Shown here one piece after another: positions 1 through 8,332 of a DNA stretch of 52,055 nucleotides (within the stretch, counting starts at the first letter, position 1; each line of letters starts with the position of its first letter). Source of the stretch: Hormoscilla sp. (GTDB taxonomy: Bacteria > Cyanobacteriota > Cyanobacteriia > Cyanobacteriales > Desertifilaceae); assembly GCA_051439505.1 (NCBI GenBank), contig JBFRWI010000028.1:1-52055 (forward strand), read 5' to 3'. Made by a program: the position numbers and the translations under genes. Under the pieces are notes generated by a model. The model did not search any database and was not told the DNA's origin. It worked only from the letters and a program-made list of their open reading frames with translations.

Positions 1-1
1 C

Positions 2-175
2 TTGCACAACAAAGAAGCAGTGAGCAAATACATTGCCGACTGGTTAGAGTGGAGCCACCAGCAACTAAAAGCCCAACAACTTAACCCTTCCCCATCTGCC
101 ATTCGGTTGCGCAAACTCAGAAAAGAACGAGAAGCAATGAAAAAAGCCCATGAGTCTGAGATATCTGCTGGATGA
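2..175 (+). CDS. 3' part of a DUF433-family (antitoxin-like) protein, cut by the window edge
   Basis: Open frame from base 2 reads LHNKEAVSKYIADWLEW...ESEISAG* (TGA 173-175). It overlaps the start of the DUF5615 gene, the usual DUF433-DUF5615 arrangement. Confidence 0.65.
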   Translation: MHNKEAVSKYIADWLEWSHQQLKAQQLNPSPSAIRLRKLRKEREAMKKAHESEISAG

Positions 176-533
176 AAACGTTCATCCTCTCTATAAAATT
201 CAGATGCGACGCAAGCAACCAGAACTAATGGTTTGGCAAGTTGGAGGAGAGCCTACTACTCCCCCTAAAGCCACTTTAGACCCAGAAATTCTCTGTTGGT
301 GTGAAGAATATGATTTTGTTTTGGTAACAAATAATCGCGCATCTATGCCGGGTCATTTAAGAGACCATATTAACGAAGGTCGTCACGTTCCAGGGATTTT
401 TATCCTGGGAAAAAATTTAAGTTTTGGTCAAAATATTGAGGAATTAATTTTCCTTGCCGAGGCATCTTTTGATGATGAATATCGCGACCAAATTATTCAC
501 TTACCCCATAGTTATTCCCTGAAATTAGAATGA
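150..533 (+). CDS. DUF5615 family PIN-like protein (VapC45-like toxin candidate)
   Basis: Motifs RYLLDEN, DPEIL, LVTNN and VPGIF are typical of DUF5615 PIN-like proteins; 127 aa. Confidence 0.8.
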   Translation: MSLRYLLDENVHPLYKIQMRRKQPELMVWQVGGEPTTPPKATLDPEILCWCEEYDFVLVTNNRASMPGHLRDHINEGRHVPGIFILGKNLSFGQNIEELIFLAEASFDDEYRDQIIHLPHSYSLKLE

Positions 534-583
534 CATTTTGATTGCACAATTACACCGACGATCGGGGGGCCTCGCGTGGGGCC

Positions 584-648
584 AGAAACCGGGTTTCTGA
601 TTAATTTTGGTTTTTGGCACCATATTTTGTCGCAGAAACCCGGTTTCT
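584..648. repeat. Short dispersed palindromic repeat AGAAACC(C/G)GGTTTCT, paired copies
   Basis: AGAAACCGGGTTTCT...AGAAACCCGGTTTCT. The same motif is at ~21324-21358 and ~36863-36894, always just past a gene end. Confidence 0.75.
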
Positions 649-656
649 TGTCTGTA

Positions 657-2435
657 TCAAAGTTGAAAATTAATGCTGAAGTAGAAACCTCGATCTTGAG
701 CGTTGTTACCCCGATCGTCCAGAACTACGAAAGGCAAAGCATAGTCAAATCGCACATCGACACCAGGGAGAGGCTGCCAAGCTAATCCTAAACCGAAACT
801 AGCAAGAAAGGTCTGTTCCGGTAAAGAATTGGGATTATCAAACTTATTCCAGACCATGCCCAGATCCACAAAAGGAATCAACTGGACAGTTAAATCATTT
901 GTATCATCCCGCCCGACAGTAATTCTGTCTTCAATAGAAAGCCGAAAACCATTATCTCCAGCCCGGGCATTTTGGCGATAGCCCCGCAAAGATTGACCGC
1001 CGCCAATCAGAAATTGTTGGGAAGGTAAGAGACTATCAGGGGTAAGCTGGAGGTCCGCCTGCAAGATGAGTAAATGATCGGCACCCAAACGCTGCACCCG
1101 CCTACCAGAGAAAAACCAGCTAAAGAAACGTCCATCGGGAATGGGTTCGGGATTGATGGTAGCATCTAATAGGCCCGTGCCGAAACTAAATTGCGATCGC
1201 AGGGCCCAAGCACCGTTAACTTCACGGTGTAAAAAAGAAGTTCCCAGCTTCACTACACTGGTAGTACTGTTACCATCATCGTCAGGGCCAAAACCAAAGC
1301 CAAAAGGTTGATTGTCAAACAAAAAAGTTTGACCACTTTGGTGAGATAACCCGACAGATATAGCGAACTCTGAACGCAGGTTGCGCAGCAGAGGTTGCTG
1401 GTAAGTAATATCAAAAGCCCTCGACTTGCCCCGAATACCAACATTCTGGAATTCAGGCGCAGTAATATGATTGCGACTTCCTGCTATTGTGAGTGAGAGA
1501 GTACCATCTCTAGCATTGAGGGGCACCCGATAATCAAAGGAATAAACATCAGCGCCCCCCGTAGTAGTGCGGCTATAGGATCCCGCTAACTCATCACCAA
1601 TGCCAATTAAATTACGATAGCGAACCGTACCGCCAAATCTTTCACTGCCAATAGTGGGGGGAGAATAGTTATCCACAAATAAGCTAGTATCTATATGTTT
1701 CGCCTCAGTCACCCGCACTACGAGAATACTGCGATCGACATCGCCGCCCGCACGCAGACTAGCTTCCACATTCTCAAATAAAGGATTAGTATTGAGCAAT
1801 CTTAACTGCTCTTCTATATCGGCAGTATTTAGAGGCATCTTGACTCCCAAACGTACCCGCGATCGGATGTATTCTGGATTGATTTTGCGCGTTCCTTCCA
1901 CTTCGATCGACTCCAGAGACCCTTCGATCACCCGAATCTGAACGATACCTGCGATAATCTCTTGGTCTGGTATAATTGCTCTAGAGTTTATGAAGCCGCC
2001 CTTGAGGTACAATTGGGTAATGCGATCGGCTGTCTGGGTTAGTTCCTTCAGGGTCACGGAACGGCCTAACAAAGGTTGGACGATCGGGTCAAGAATATCC
2101 GGTCCGAAAATAGTACTGCCGACAACTTCAATTCTCTCGATCGCGATCGGTTGTTCTGCTTCTGCCGATGGGTTGGGTGTAGTCTGCATTTGTTGCATAG
2201 GGATCCCCCCCAACCCCCCCCTTCCAAAAGGGGGGGCTTCCGAAGCCCCCCTTTTTAAGGGGGGTTTGGGGGGATCGGACGACTGGGCGTAGTTTGTCAC
2301 CCGATCGTCCGGATGTGATATAGAAGCATAACTAGCCCCACCTGTGGCAATATAGGCAACAACAACCAAACCAGAAATTAAAAAATCATATCGGCGTTGC
2401 ATATTTTCGGAATGATGGTTGGGAAATTTTGCCAA
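657..2435 (-). CDS. ShlB/FhaC/HecB family two-partner secretion transporter (TpsB) with an in-frame repeat insertion near the N-terminus
   Basis: POTRA motif (ADRITQLYLKGGFINSRA), barrel loop motif GGGQSLRGY, C-terminal beta strand FYFSINFQL. Confidence 0.9.
   Translation of the reverse strand: MAKFPNHHSENMQRRYDFLISGLVVVAYIATGGASYASISHPDDRVTNYAQSSDPPKPPLKRGASEAPPFGRGGLGGIPMQQMQTTPNPSAEAEQPIAIERIEVVGSTIFGPDILDPIVQPLLGRSVTLKELTQTADRITQLYLKGGFINSRAIIPDQEIIAGIVQIRVIEGSLESIEVEGTRKINPEYIRSRVRLGVKMPLNTADIEEQLRLLNTNPLFENVEASLRAGGDVDRSILVVRVTEAKHIDTSLFVDNYSPPTIGSERFGGTVRYRNLIGIGDELAGSYSRTTTGGADVYSFDYRVPLNARDGTLSLTIAGSRNHITAPEFQNVGIRGKSRAFDITYQQPLLRNLRSEFAISVGLSHQSGQTFLFDNQPFGFGFGPDDDGNSTTSVVKLGTSFLHREVNGAWALRSQFSFGTGLLDATINPEPIPDGRFFSWFFSGRRVQRLGADHLLILQADLQLTPDSLLPSQQFLIGGGQSLRGYRQNARAGDNGFRLSIEDRITVGRDDTNDLTVQLIPFVDLGMVWNKFDNPNSLPEQTFLASFGLGLAWQPLPGVDVRFDYALPFVVLDDRGNNAQDRGFYFSINFQL
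2175..2287. mobile_element. Partial MITE copy (GGGTGT(A/G)GTC family) inside the TpsB coding sequence
   Basis: 113 bp nearly identical to 30058-30170. It has one terminal repeat (GGGTGTAGTCTGCATTTGTTG) and the CCCCCCTT..AAGGGGGG palindrome; the other end and a TSD are not visible. Confidence 0.85.
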
Positions 2436-2465
2436 TTGCGAATTCCAATTGAGGGGCAGGCGATC

Positions 2466-3635
2466 CTACAAACGACGGCACACTTTGCTGACCATTTTGC
2501 GGGAAAGGCGGAGATGCAAGTGTTCTTTGTCGGCCCAGTTTTGCAGCAGTCGGTAAAAGCAAAGCCTATCGTTTGCTTGCAGCACTGCTACTTGATCTGC
2601 TGTTTCAATGGCGTAGGGGTAACCGCCCCCGACAATTACTTCACACATTACCCATTCGATCGCCCGTTCTAGCAAAGAATCTTTTCGATCTTCATAAATC
2701 CATATTGGCATTTCCAGCCGAGCCGGATAACCATCATTGGTTTTCAGATAGCAGAAAGCAATTTTGTCAGCCCAAGATCCGTATTCCTTGAGAATACCGG
2801 GACGTTGACACCTCCAGAGTCCAGTCCGCGAACCCCGCTGCATTTGAGGGTGCAGCAGTTGGGCATCGTGGAGTCCAGGCATTTCCGGCAAGGCAAATAA
2901 CTGTCGCAATGTCTCTGTCAGGTCGCGAGCAGTTGTCGTATCGATATAACCGACTAAGGGCACCCGACATCGTTCGCTAGTCTGTAAAAGCTGCCGCAGA
3001 TTTTGCACGTAAAATTCCCGGCTCTCTGGATCTTGGGTTTCGGCAAAGCTAGCAATCAAAGAACCATCGTAGAATACTAGAGTCCGCGAGCCATCGGTAC
3101 GATGTTCCTGCATATATCTAATCAGCCGCCTGATTTCCATCTCAAACCGACGCCGGTTGACAATTCGCTCTAGAGCCTGGCTACTCGCACCCGATGTCTG
3201 CAGCTGGGCTGGAGTGAGAATATCAACTGCTACATCTTTCTGATAAGCGCCAGTGGGTAAGTGCAAATTTTCATACCATCCTACTTGGATGAGGGCGATC
3301 GGGATTGAGAAATCTTTACTAGGATAGATTTGGGAACCATCCACTGCAAAGGTGGTTACTCCTGTCAGCCTTGGCCGCGCCCATGCTAATCTTTCCTCCT
3401 GACTGGTCAAGGAGATATCAAAGGGAATTACCTGACTGGCAACTTTCTCCAATGGTACTGCTGCCAGGGCCGTTCCGGAAAAATCGCCCGATCGGGCATG
3501 TCCTGCAAAATCCGATGCTGCGGCTGCCCATGCTTTTCTATACTGCTGTAGTATAGCAGCATTTTGGTCAAATCTTTTAAAGTCCGATCGCCTTGCCTGA
3601 AGCAGAGACAGAACTTGGGACTGCTTGAGTGGCAT
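2466..3635 (-). CDS. nurA: NurA-domain nuclease
   Basis: Motifs FAVDGSQI and FYDGSL, and C-terminal GYPYAIETADQVAV, are characteristic of NurA. Confidence 0.88.
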   Translation of the reverse strand: MPLKQSQVLSLLQARRSDFKRFDQNAAILQQYRKAWAAAASDFAGHARSGDFSGTALAAVPLEKVASQVIPFDISLTSQEERLAWARPRLTGVTTFAVDGSQIYPSKDFSIPIALIQVGWYENLHLPTGAYQKDVAVDILTPAQLQTSGASSQALERIVNRRRFEMEIRRLIRYMQEHRTDGSRTLVFYDGSLIASFAETQDPESREFYVQNLRQLLQTSERCRVPLVGYIDTTTARDLTETLRQLFALPEMPGLHDAQLLHPQMQRGSRTGLWRCQRPGILKEYGSWADKIAFCYLKTNDGYPARLEMPIWIYEDRKDSLLERAIEWVMCEVIVGGGYPYAIETADQVAVLQANDRLCFYRLLQNWADKEHLHLRLSRKMVSKVCRRL

Positions 3636-3641
3636 AGTTAA

Positions 3642-3675
3642 GTAGTTCGTAGTTCGTAGTTCGTAGTTCGTAGTT
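3642..3675. repeat. Heptamer tandem repeat (GTAGTTC)x~5, STRR-type
   Basis: Read directly in the sequence, just upstream of the nurA start. Confidence 0.9.
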
Positions 3676-3733
3676 TATGAAGTGGGAATGTCAACATAGC
3701 TGAACTTCGCATCAGGAGAGTATTTCAGACATT

Positions 3734-3761
3734 TTTACAAAAACTTACAAAACTTTACATG
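3734..3761 (+). promoter_or_regulatory. Putative HLR1 (RpaB-binding) direct repeats
   Basis: TTTACAAA-aa-CTTACAAA-ac-TTTACATG: three octamers at 10-bp period resembling (G/T)TTACA(T/A)(T/A), in a divergent intergenic region. Confidence 0.5.
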
Positions 3762-3986
3762 ATTCAGTTTACCAATGCACACCTAGTTATCATCCGTGGC
3801 TTCCCCTTGGAAGTTGGCTACCGCTAACAACTATTAATAGCATTTATCTTCATGATAACAGGTGATTTTGTGGTCGCGCCCAAATCCTGATGAGTTAGTA
3901 ATCCGAACTGCTATATTATTCACGCTCCCAGGGCTCGGCAATTATATAATTATCTCAGTTGCTTTTCCTGTTTAGTCCTCAATTTT

Positions 3987-4754
3987 ATGGTTATGTATGA
4001 AGGCGAAAATTTGGAAAGTATGATGCAGAAACTCCCTGCTGAAGCCAGAAACTGGACGGAAAGTTTGCCCTGGCAACACCGCCGTTATGTTTTGTCTTTA
4101 TGTCATCTTCTGCTTTCTGCTTCTCCGGAAACCCAAGCTGAATTTTTAGATGATTATACTGCAGATGGCTTGGTCTCCAAAATGCTCGAAGATCGCTATA
4201 CTAAAAATAAAGTTCAACGCTATCTAAAACAATTTCTGATTCCGACTAACCTCTCCGAAGATATCTTGAGAAGCTATATTAAACAGTTTTATATTCATTC
4301 AGCTCATGATATGCGCATCCAGCCAGATCAATATTTAGAATCTGTCCTCCGTCTAGTTCTTAGTGTTGAAGAAAAAAATAATGTCTTCAATTATATTCTG
4401 GGCTTTGAAATCATGAAAATTATGTTTAATATGAGTTGGTTACAACATGAAAGATTATATAGAATTCAGATTAATCAGGAAGATTTTCTCAAAAATTATA
4501 TCAAGCCCATTCAACATGCCCATAGGATTAATGGTATAATTATGCCCAAAGATGAAAGGTTATTCTTTGCTAAACGCAGTTACTTTGTCGAAGAACCGAT
4601 TTTGTCAGAGAAAAAAGCGATGGAGCTAATTATCGCCACATTTACTACAAAACTTATCACGGAATTTGGATTTTCTATCATGAGAAATATTAAATGCTTT
4701 AATTTTAATTATGACTATATCTATAGTCCCGAATCTGAAGAACTATTTATTTAA
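3987..4754 (+). CDS. Conserved cyanobacterial hypothetical protein, function unknown
   Basis: 255-aa AT-rich ORF with no P-loop or other recognisable catalytic motif; its stop overlaps the convergent HAD gene stop. Confidence 0.7.
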   Translation: MVMYEGENLESMMQKLPAEARNWTESLPWQHRRYVLSLCHLLLSASPETQAEFLDDYTADGLVSKMLEDRYTKNKVQRYLKQFLIPTNLSEDILRSYIKQFYIHSAHDMRIQPDQYLESVLRLVLSVEEKNNVFNYILGFEIMKIMFNMSWLQHERLYRIQINQEDFLKNYIKPIQHAHRINGIIMPKDERLFFAKRSYFVEEPILSEKKAMELIIATFTTKLITEFGFSIMRNIKCFNFNYDYIYSPESEELFI

Positions 4755-5470
4755 TTGTCGATCGCCTGGTTCTGAGGCTGTAGTGTCGTCCAGAAGTCGC
4801 CCTCTTCAGTACCTGCTGCTGATGGATAATTTCGTTTTAGCCAGATAGCTTGTAAACCAGCCTTTTGGGCAGCTTGATAATCTTCCTTAAAGCTATCTCC
4901 AATGTGCCAGGCGTCACTGGCAGAACAATTATGTTTTGCTAAGGCGGCTGCAAAAATATGGCGATCGGGTTTAGCAGCACCTGCTTCTGTAGATATGGTC
5001 ACGGATGTGAAAAATTCTGCCAGTCCGAATGCTTGTAAGACTGAGTAGATCCGAGAATCAAAATTAGATAAAACTCCTAACTCGATCGCGGACTGCTGCC
5101 AAGAGGATAAAGCGGAAAAGACATCGGGATAGACAAACCAGGGCTCAGTTGTCGCAAAGTAACCGTAGAGTTCGTTAAAGAAACTGTCAAAGTCGGAAAA
5201 CTGTGGGAAAACCCCTGCTTGTTGAAAGGTTTGCATGGCGACGACTTTCCACCAGTTAAATTCATGGGTGGGGAGATCGACTGGTTTTACTCCGGGGAAT
5301 GCCGCTGGTGGAGATGACCGAAAACTCTGGATGAATGCTGCATCTAGGGCCTCATCTGCTACCTTCACACCTGACTGACGCGCTAGCATTCCATACACTT
5401 CACCTACAGTTCCCCGGATGCCAAACAGGGTGCCGACGGCATCTAAAAAAATTACCTTTGGTTGTTTCAT
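4751..5470 (-). CDS. HAD-superfamily (IA, REG-2-like) hydrolase
   Basis: HAD motifs DAVGTL, VLSNFD, KPD and HIGDSFKED. Confidence 0.92.
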   Translation of the reverse strand: MKQPKVIFLDAVGTLFGIRGTVGEVYGMLARQSGVKVADEALDAAFIQSFRSSPPAAFPGVKPVDLPTHEFNWWKVVAMQTFQQAGVFPQFSDFDSFFNELYGYFATTEPWFVYPDVFSALSSWQQSAIELGVLSNFDSRIYSVLQAFGLAEFFTSVTISTEAGAAKPDRHIFAAALAKHNCSASDAWHIGDSFKEDYQAAQKAGLQAIWLKRNYPSAAGTEEGDFWTTLQPQNQAIDN

Positions 5471-5485
5471 GTTCTTGTGATAAGT

Positions 5486-5587
5486 TGAGGACTTCAGTCC
5501 TCACTACAAACAGTAGTAGGGTGGGCACCGCCCACCGATAATTCAAGTAGTCGTAGGGTGGGCATCGCCCACCGATAATTCAAGTAG
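5486..5587. repeat. Cluster of GTAG-type REP-like palindromes
   Basis: TGAGGACTTCAGTCCTCA-CTAC, then two tandem copies of GTAGGGTGGGCA(C/T)CGCCCACCGATAATTCAAGTAG (5516-5550, 5553-5587). Relatives are at ~8088-8107, 10729-10750 and 12449-12469. Confidence 0.8.
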
Positions 5588-6785
5588 AAAATACTTCCAT
5601 GATGGCCGACTGTAAAGGTTTAGTCATCCAGTTAAAACCGACTTTCACTTGGTGCTCGAATGTGGGCAGACGATAGAGGTATACTAGATTGCGGGCCAGA
5701 TAAGCCAAGGGACCATCTAGTTTCACTCCCAAACCGGTAAGAGTGGCGTTATCTATGCCTAAAGTCATCATTTCCCCCAAATTCTGATAGCGCCAGGGCA
5801 GTAGGGGACGCCCGGTGAGGGATGCCCAGATGTTCCAAGCAGTATAATCAGATTGCTGTAAAGCTGCTTGGGCTGTTGTCGGCACTTGCTGACCGTCGGC
5901 ATCCCGACATTCTGCCAAATCCCCGAGGGCAAAAATATCCTCGTAGTCGATGACTTGTAACGTGGGTGCGGTGACGATCTGCTGGCGTTGGTTTTGCTTC
6001 AAGGGGAGCGATCGCACGACATCGGCCACTCTAGTACCCACAGTCCATAAAACCACATCCACAGGAATGTTGTCAAGCTGTTCCTTATATACAAGTGAAA
6101 GGGAATCTGGTTCAATTGATTGGACAGTAGTTTCCAAATCAGTCCACACCCCCCTAGCTGACAAGGCATCCATGGCGGCTTCTCGGTTAAACTCACTAGA
6201 GGTACGCAAAATCATCTCCCCTTGTTCGATTAAGCGCACCCGTCCCCGAGTACCGAGTCTGTCCGCTAGCTTGCAGGCTAATTCCACCCCAGAATAACCG
6301 GCACCGACAATGGCAATGCGAATCTTTTCGGTATCGGACTGTTCGAGGATGCGCAGTTTTTCGGCTAGACGATAGGCGTCTGCTATGGTACGGAAGGGGA
6401 TAGCATGCTCTGTACATCCGGGTACTATATGTAAGGGCGTCTCGCCGCCTAGGGCTAAAACCAGGCGATCGGCCTTTATTGAGTGCCCATTATCCAACTG
6501 TACCTGCTTGCTATCCACATCAATGCTAGCTACAGCTGTCTGGATGAAGGACACACCGGTGTCGGCCAAAAGTTCGGTAAAGGGAGGGGCGATCTCCCAG
6601 GTTTCCAGTTCCCCTGTCAGCAGTTCGTACAGCAAAGGCGAGAATAAAAACCGGTCATGGCGATCGACCAGGGTAATTTCCGGTCGCGAGGACTGTTCCC
6701 AAGGTAGCTGGCTTAAGCGTTTAGCGGTGTAGAGGCCACCAAAGCCTCCACCCAGGATACAGATCTGTGTAGGTTGTTCGGTCAT
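5580..6785 (-). CDS. ndbB: Type II NAD(P)H dehydrogenase family, NdbB/NDC1-like (demethylphylloquinone reductase)
   Basis: Rossmann motifs GGGFGG and GAGYSGVELA, plus FALGDLA and PTTAQAALQQ; sequence resembles the cyanobacterial NdbB clade. Confidence 0.8.
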   Translation of the reverse strand: MTEQPTQICILGGGFGGLYTAKRLSQLPWEQSSRPEITLVDRHDRFLFSPLLYELLTGELETWEIAPPFTELLADTGVSFIQTAVASIDVDSKQVQLDNGHSIKADRLVLALGGETPLHIVPGCTEHAIPFRTIADAYRLAEKLRILEQSDTEKIRIAIVGAGYSGVELACKLADRLGTRGRVRLIEQGEMILRTSSEFNREAAMDALSARGVWTDLETTVQSIEPDSLSLVYKEQLDNIPVDVVLWTVGTRVADVVRSLPLKQNQRQQIVTAPTLQVIDYEDIFALGDLAECRDADGQQVPTTAQAALQQSDYTAWNIWASLTGRPLLPWRYQNLGEMMTLGIDNATLTGLGVKLDGPLAYLARNLVYLYRLPTFEHQVKVGFNWMTKPLQSAIMEVFST

Positions 6786-6894
6786 GGGGCCGCGAGTTCT
6801 CTTGCTAGGCAGTTCCCTTTCAGGATAGCTTGGCTGGGGGCTGCTGTGATGTCTAAGTCGTTCGCTATGGTAAAAATGGTTTATACTTCCATTC

Positions 6895-7062
6895 GGGGGG
6901 GGGACAATTGAGAGATCCTTGTGTCGTAGGAGTAACTCCCCCCGCTAGCGCAGCGGCCCGACGTAGGAGGGCTAGCAATCTCCTACTCGTGGAGATTGCT
7001 TCGGGGGGGATCCTCGACCTGTTCGGGACAATAGCGGTCATGGATACCCCCCTCGCAATGAC
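6895..7062. repeat. Composite palindromic repeat (GAGATTGCT..G-run/variable loop/C-run..TCGCAATGAC family), two half-units
   Basis: G9-34nt-C6...AGCAATCTCC and GGAGATTGCTTC-G7-37nt-C6-TCGCAATGAC, with a nested CTAGCGCAGCGG..AGGAGGGCTAG insert. Confidence 0.85.
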
Positions 7063-7189
7063 ACATTCAATTGGCTTTAAGCGCAAGTCGAGCCCTTTGG
7101 GAGTATATTCTGTAATCTGTAAGATGGCACACCAGAAGCGTAAGTAATAAATCGCAGTCAGTAACGAGGAAAATACAGGAGTATCGAAT

Positions 7190-8047
7190 TTGAGAAGTCA
7201 ATCACCCCAAGGCAATATCCAAGCAGTAATCGGAGGGATTATTGCTGCGGCGATCATTTTGATCGCCTCTAATTCTTTCGTAGTCATCAACCCAGGTCAA
7301 GCAGGAGTCCTCAGTATTCTGGGTAAGGCTAGAGATGGGGCCTTACTGGAGGGTCTCCACTTTAAGCCCCCCCTGATCTCTGTGGTGGATGTCTATGACG
7401 TGACGGTGCAAAAGTTTGAGGTGCCCGCCCAGAGTTCCACCAAGGATCTACAGGATATCAGCGCTAGCTTCGCGATCAACTTCCGCCTAGATCCCTTGCA
7501 GGTAGTTGATATCCGCAGGAAACAAGGAACATTGCAGAATCTGGTGTCGAAAGTGATTGCGCCCCAGACCCAGGAATCTTTTAAGATCGCTGCGGCCCGG
7601 CGAACTGTGGAAGAAGCTGTTACCAAACGGGCGGAACTCAAGGAAGACTTTGATACAACCTTGAACGATCGGTTAGAAAAGTACGGTATCATCGTGCTGG
7701 ATACTAGCGTGATCGACCTAAATTTCTCCCCAGAGTTTGCGAAGGCGGTGGAGGAGAAACAAATCGCCGAACAGCGGGCCCAAAGGGCGGTATATGTGGC
7801 ACAAGAGGCCGAACAAGAAGCCCAAGCAGATATTAATCGTGCTAAGGGTAAGGCGGAGGCCCAGAAATTACTGGCTGAAACCCTGAAGGCCCAAGGGGGT
7901 GAGTTGGTGCTGCAAAAAGAGGCGATCGAGGCATGGCGACAAGGTGGCGCTCAGATGCCGAAGGTGCTAGTTATGAGTGGAGACTCTAATAGTACGGTTC
8001 CCTTCCTATTCAACCTAGGGGATCTGGAAGAGGCATCTACAAATTAA
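7190..8047 (+). CDS. Prohibitin / SPFH (band 7) family membrane protein
   Basis: N-terminal TM helix, EGLHFKPP, SSTKDLQ, Ala/Glu-rich coiled coil AVEEKQIAEQRAQRA; TTG start after an AGGAG RBS. Confidence 0.92.
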   Translation: MRSQSPQGNIQAVIGGIIAAAIILIASNSFVVINPGQAGVLSILGKARDGALLEGLHFKPPLISVVDVYDVTVQKFEVPAQSSTKDLQDISASFAINFRLDPLQVVDIRRKQGTLQNLVSKVIAPQTQESFKIAAARRTVEEAVTKRAELKEDFDTTLNDRLEKYGIIVLDTSVIDLNFSPEFAKAVEEKQIAEQRAQRAVYVAQEAEQEAQADINRAKGKAEAQKLLAETLKAQGGELVLQKEAIEAWRQGGAQMPKVLVMSGDSNSTVPFLFNLGDLEEASTN

Positions 8048-8191
8048 GTAGACTCCGACTAAAATCCTTGCTCGTTCCTAGTCGTTCGTAGTAAGGACTT
8101 TAGTCCTTGCCGTCCTTGCCCCGTTCTATTAGTTCGTTAAAGGCATTAACTATCAACTATAGCATTTTTCAGATTAGTGTAATATGCTGTT

Positions 8192-8292
8192 GGAGATTGC
8201 TAGCGCTCCTGCGTCGCGCCGCTGCGCTAACGGGGGGGGGAATTCAATGGGATCATAAGTTAATCGCTACTTCCCCCCCCCCTCGCAATGAC
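8192..8292. repeat. Half-unit of the variable-loop palindromic repeat, with nested insert
   Basis: GGAGATTG-CTAGCGCTCCTGCGTCGCGCCGCTGCGCTAAC-G9-32nt-C10-TCGCAATGAC. Confidence 0.85.
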
Positions 8293-8332
8293 AAATAGGC
8301 ACTCCCACATCAAGAGAGAGAAACGCTATATC

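Noticed and set aside
1193..1200. Abundant GCGATCGC octamers as a novel repeat
   Set aside because: This is the well-known cyanobacterial HIP1 sequence; used only as a taxonomic clue.
6865..8298. ORFs 6865-7086, 6908-7147 and 8107-8298 (also 576-785, 26273-26530 tail and 40035-40298) sharing RLLALLRRAAAL or PPRND peptides
   Set aside because: The shared peptides are translations of intergenic DNA repeats, not a protein family.
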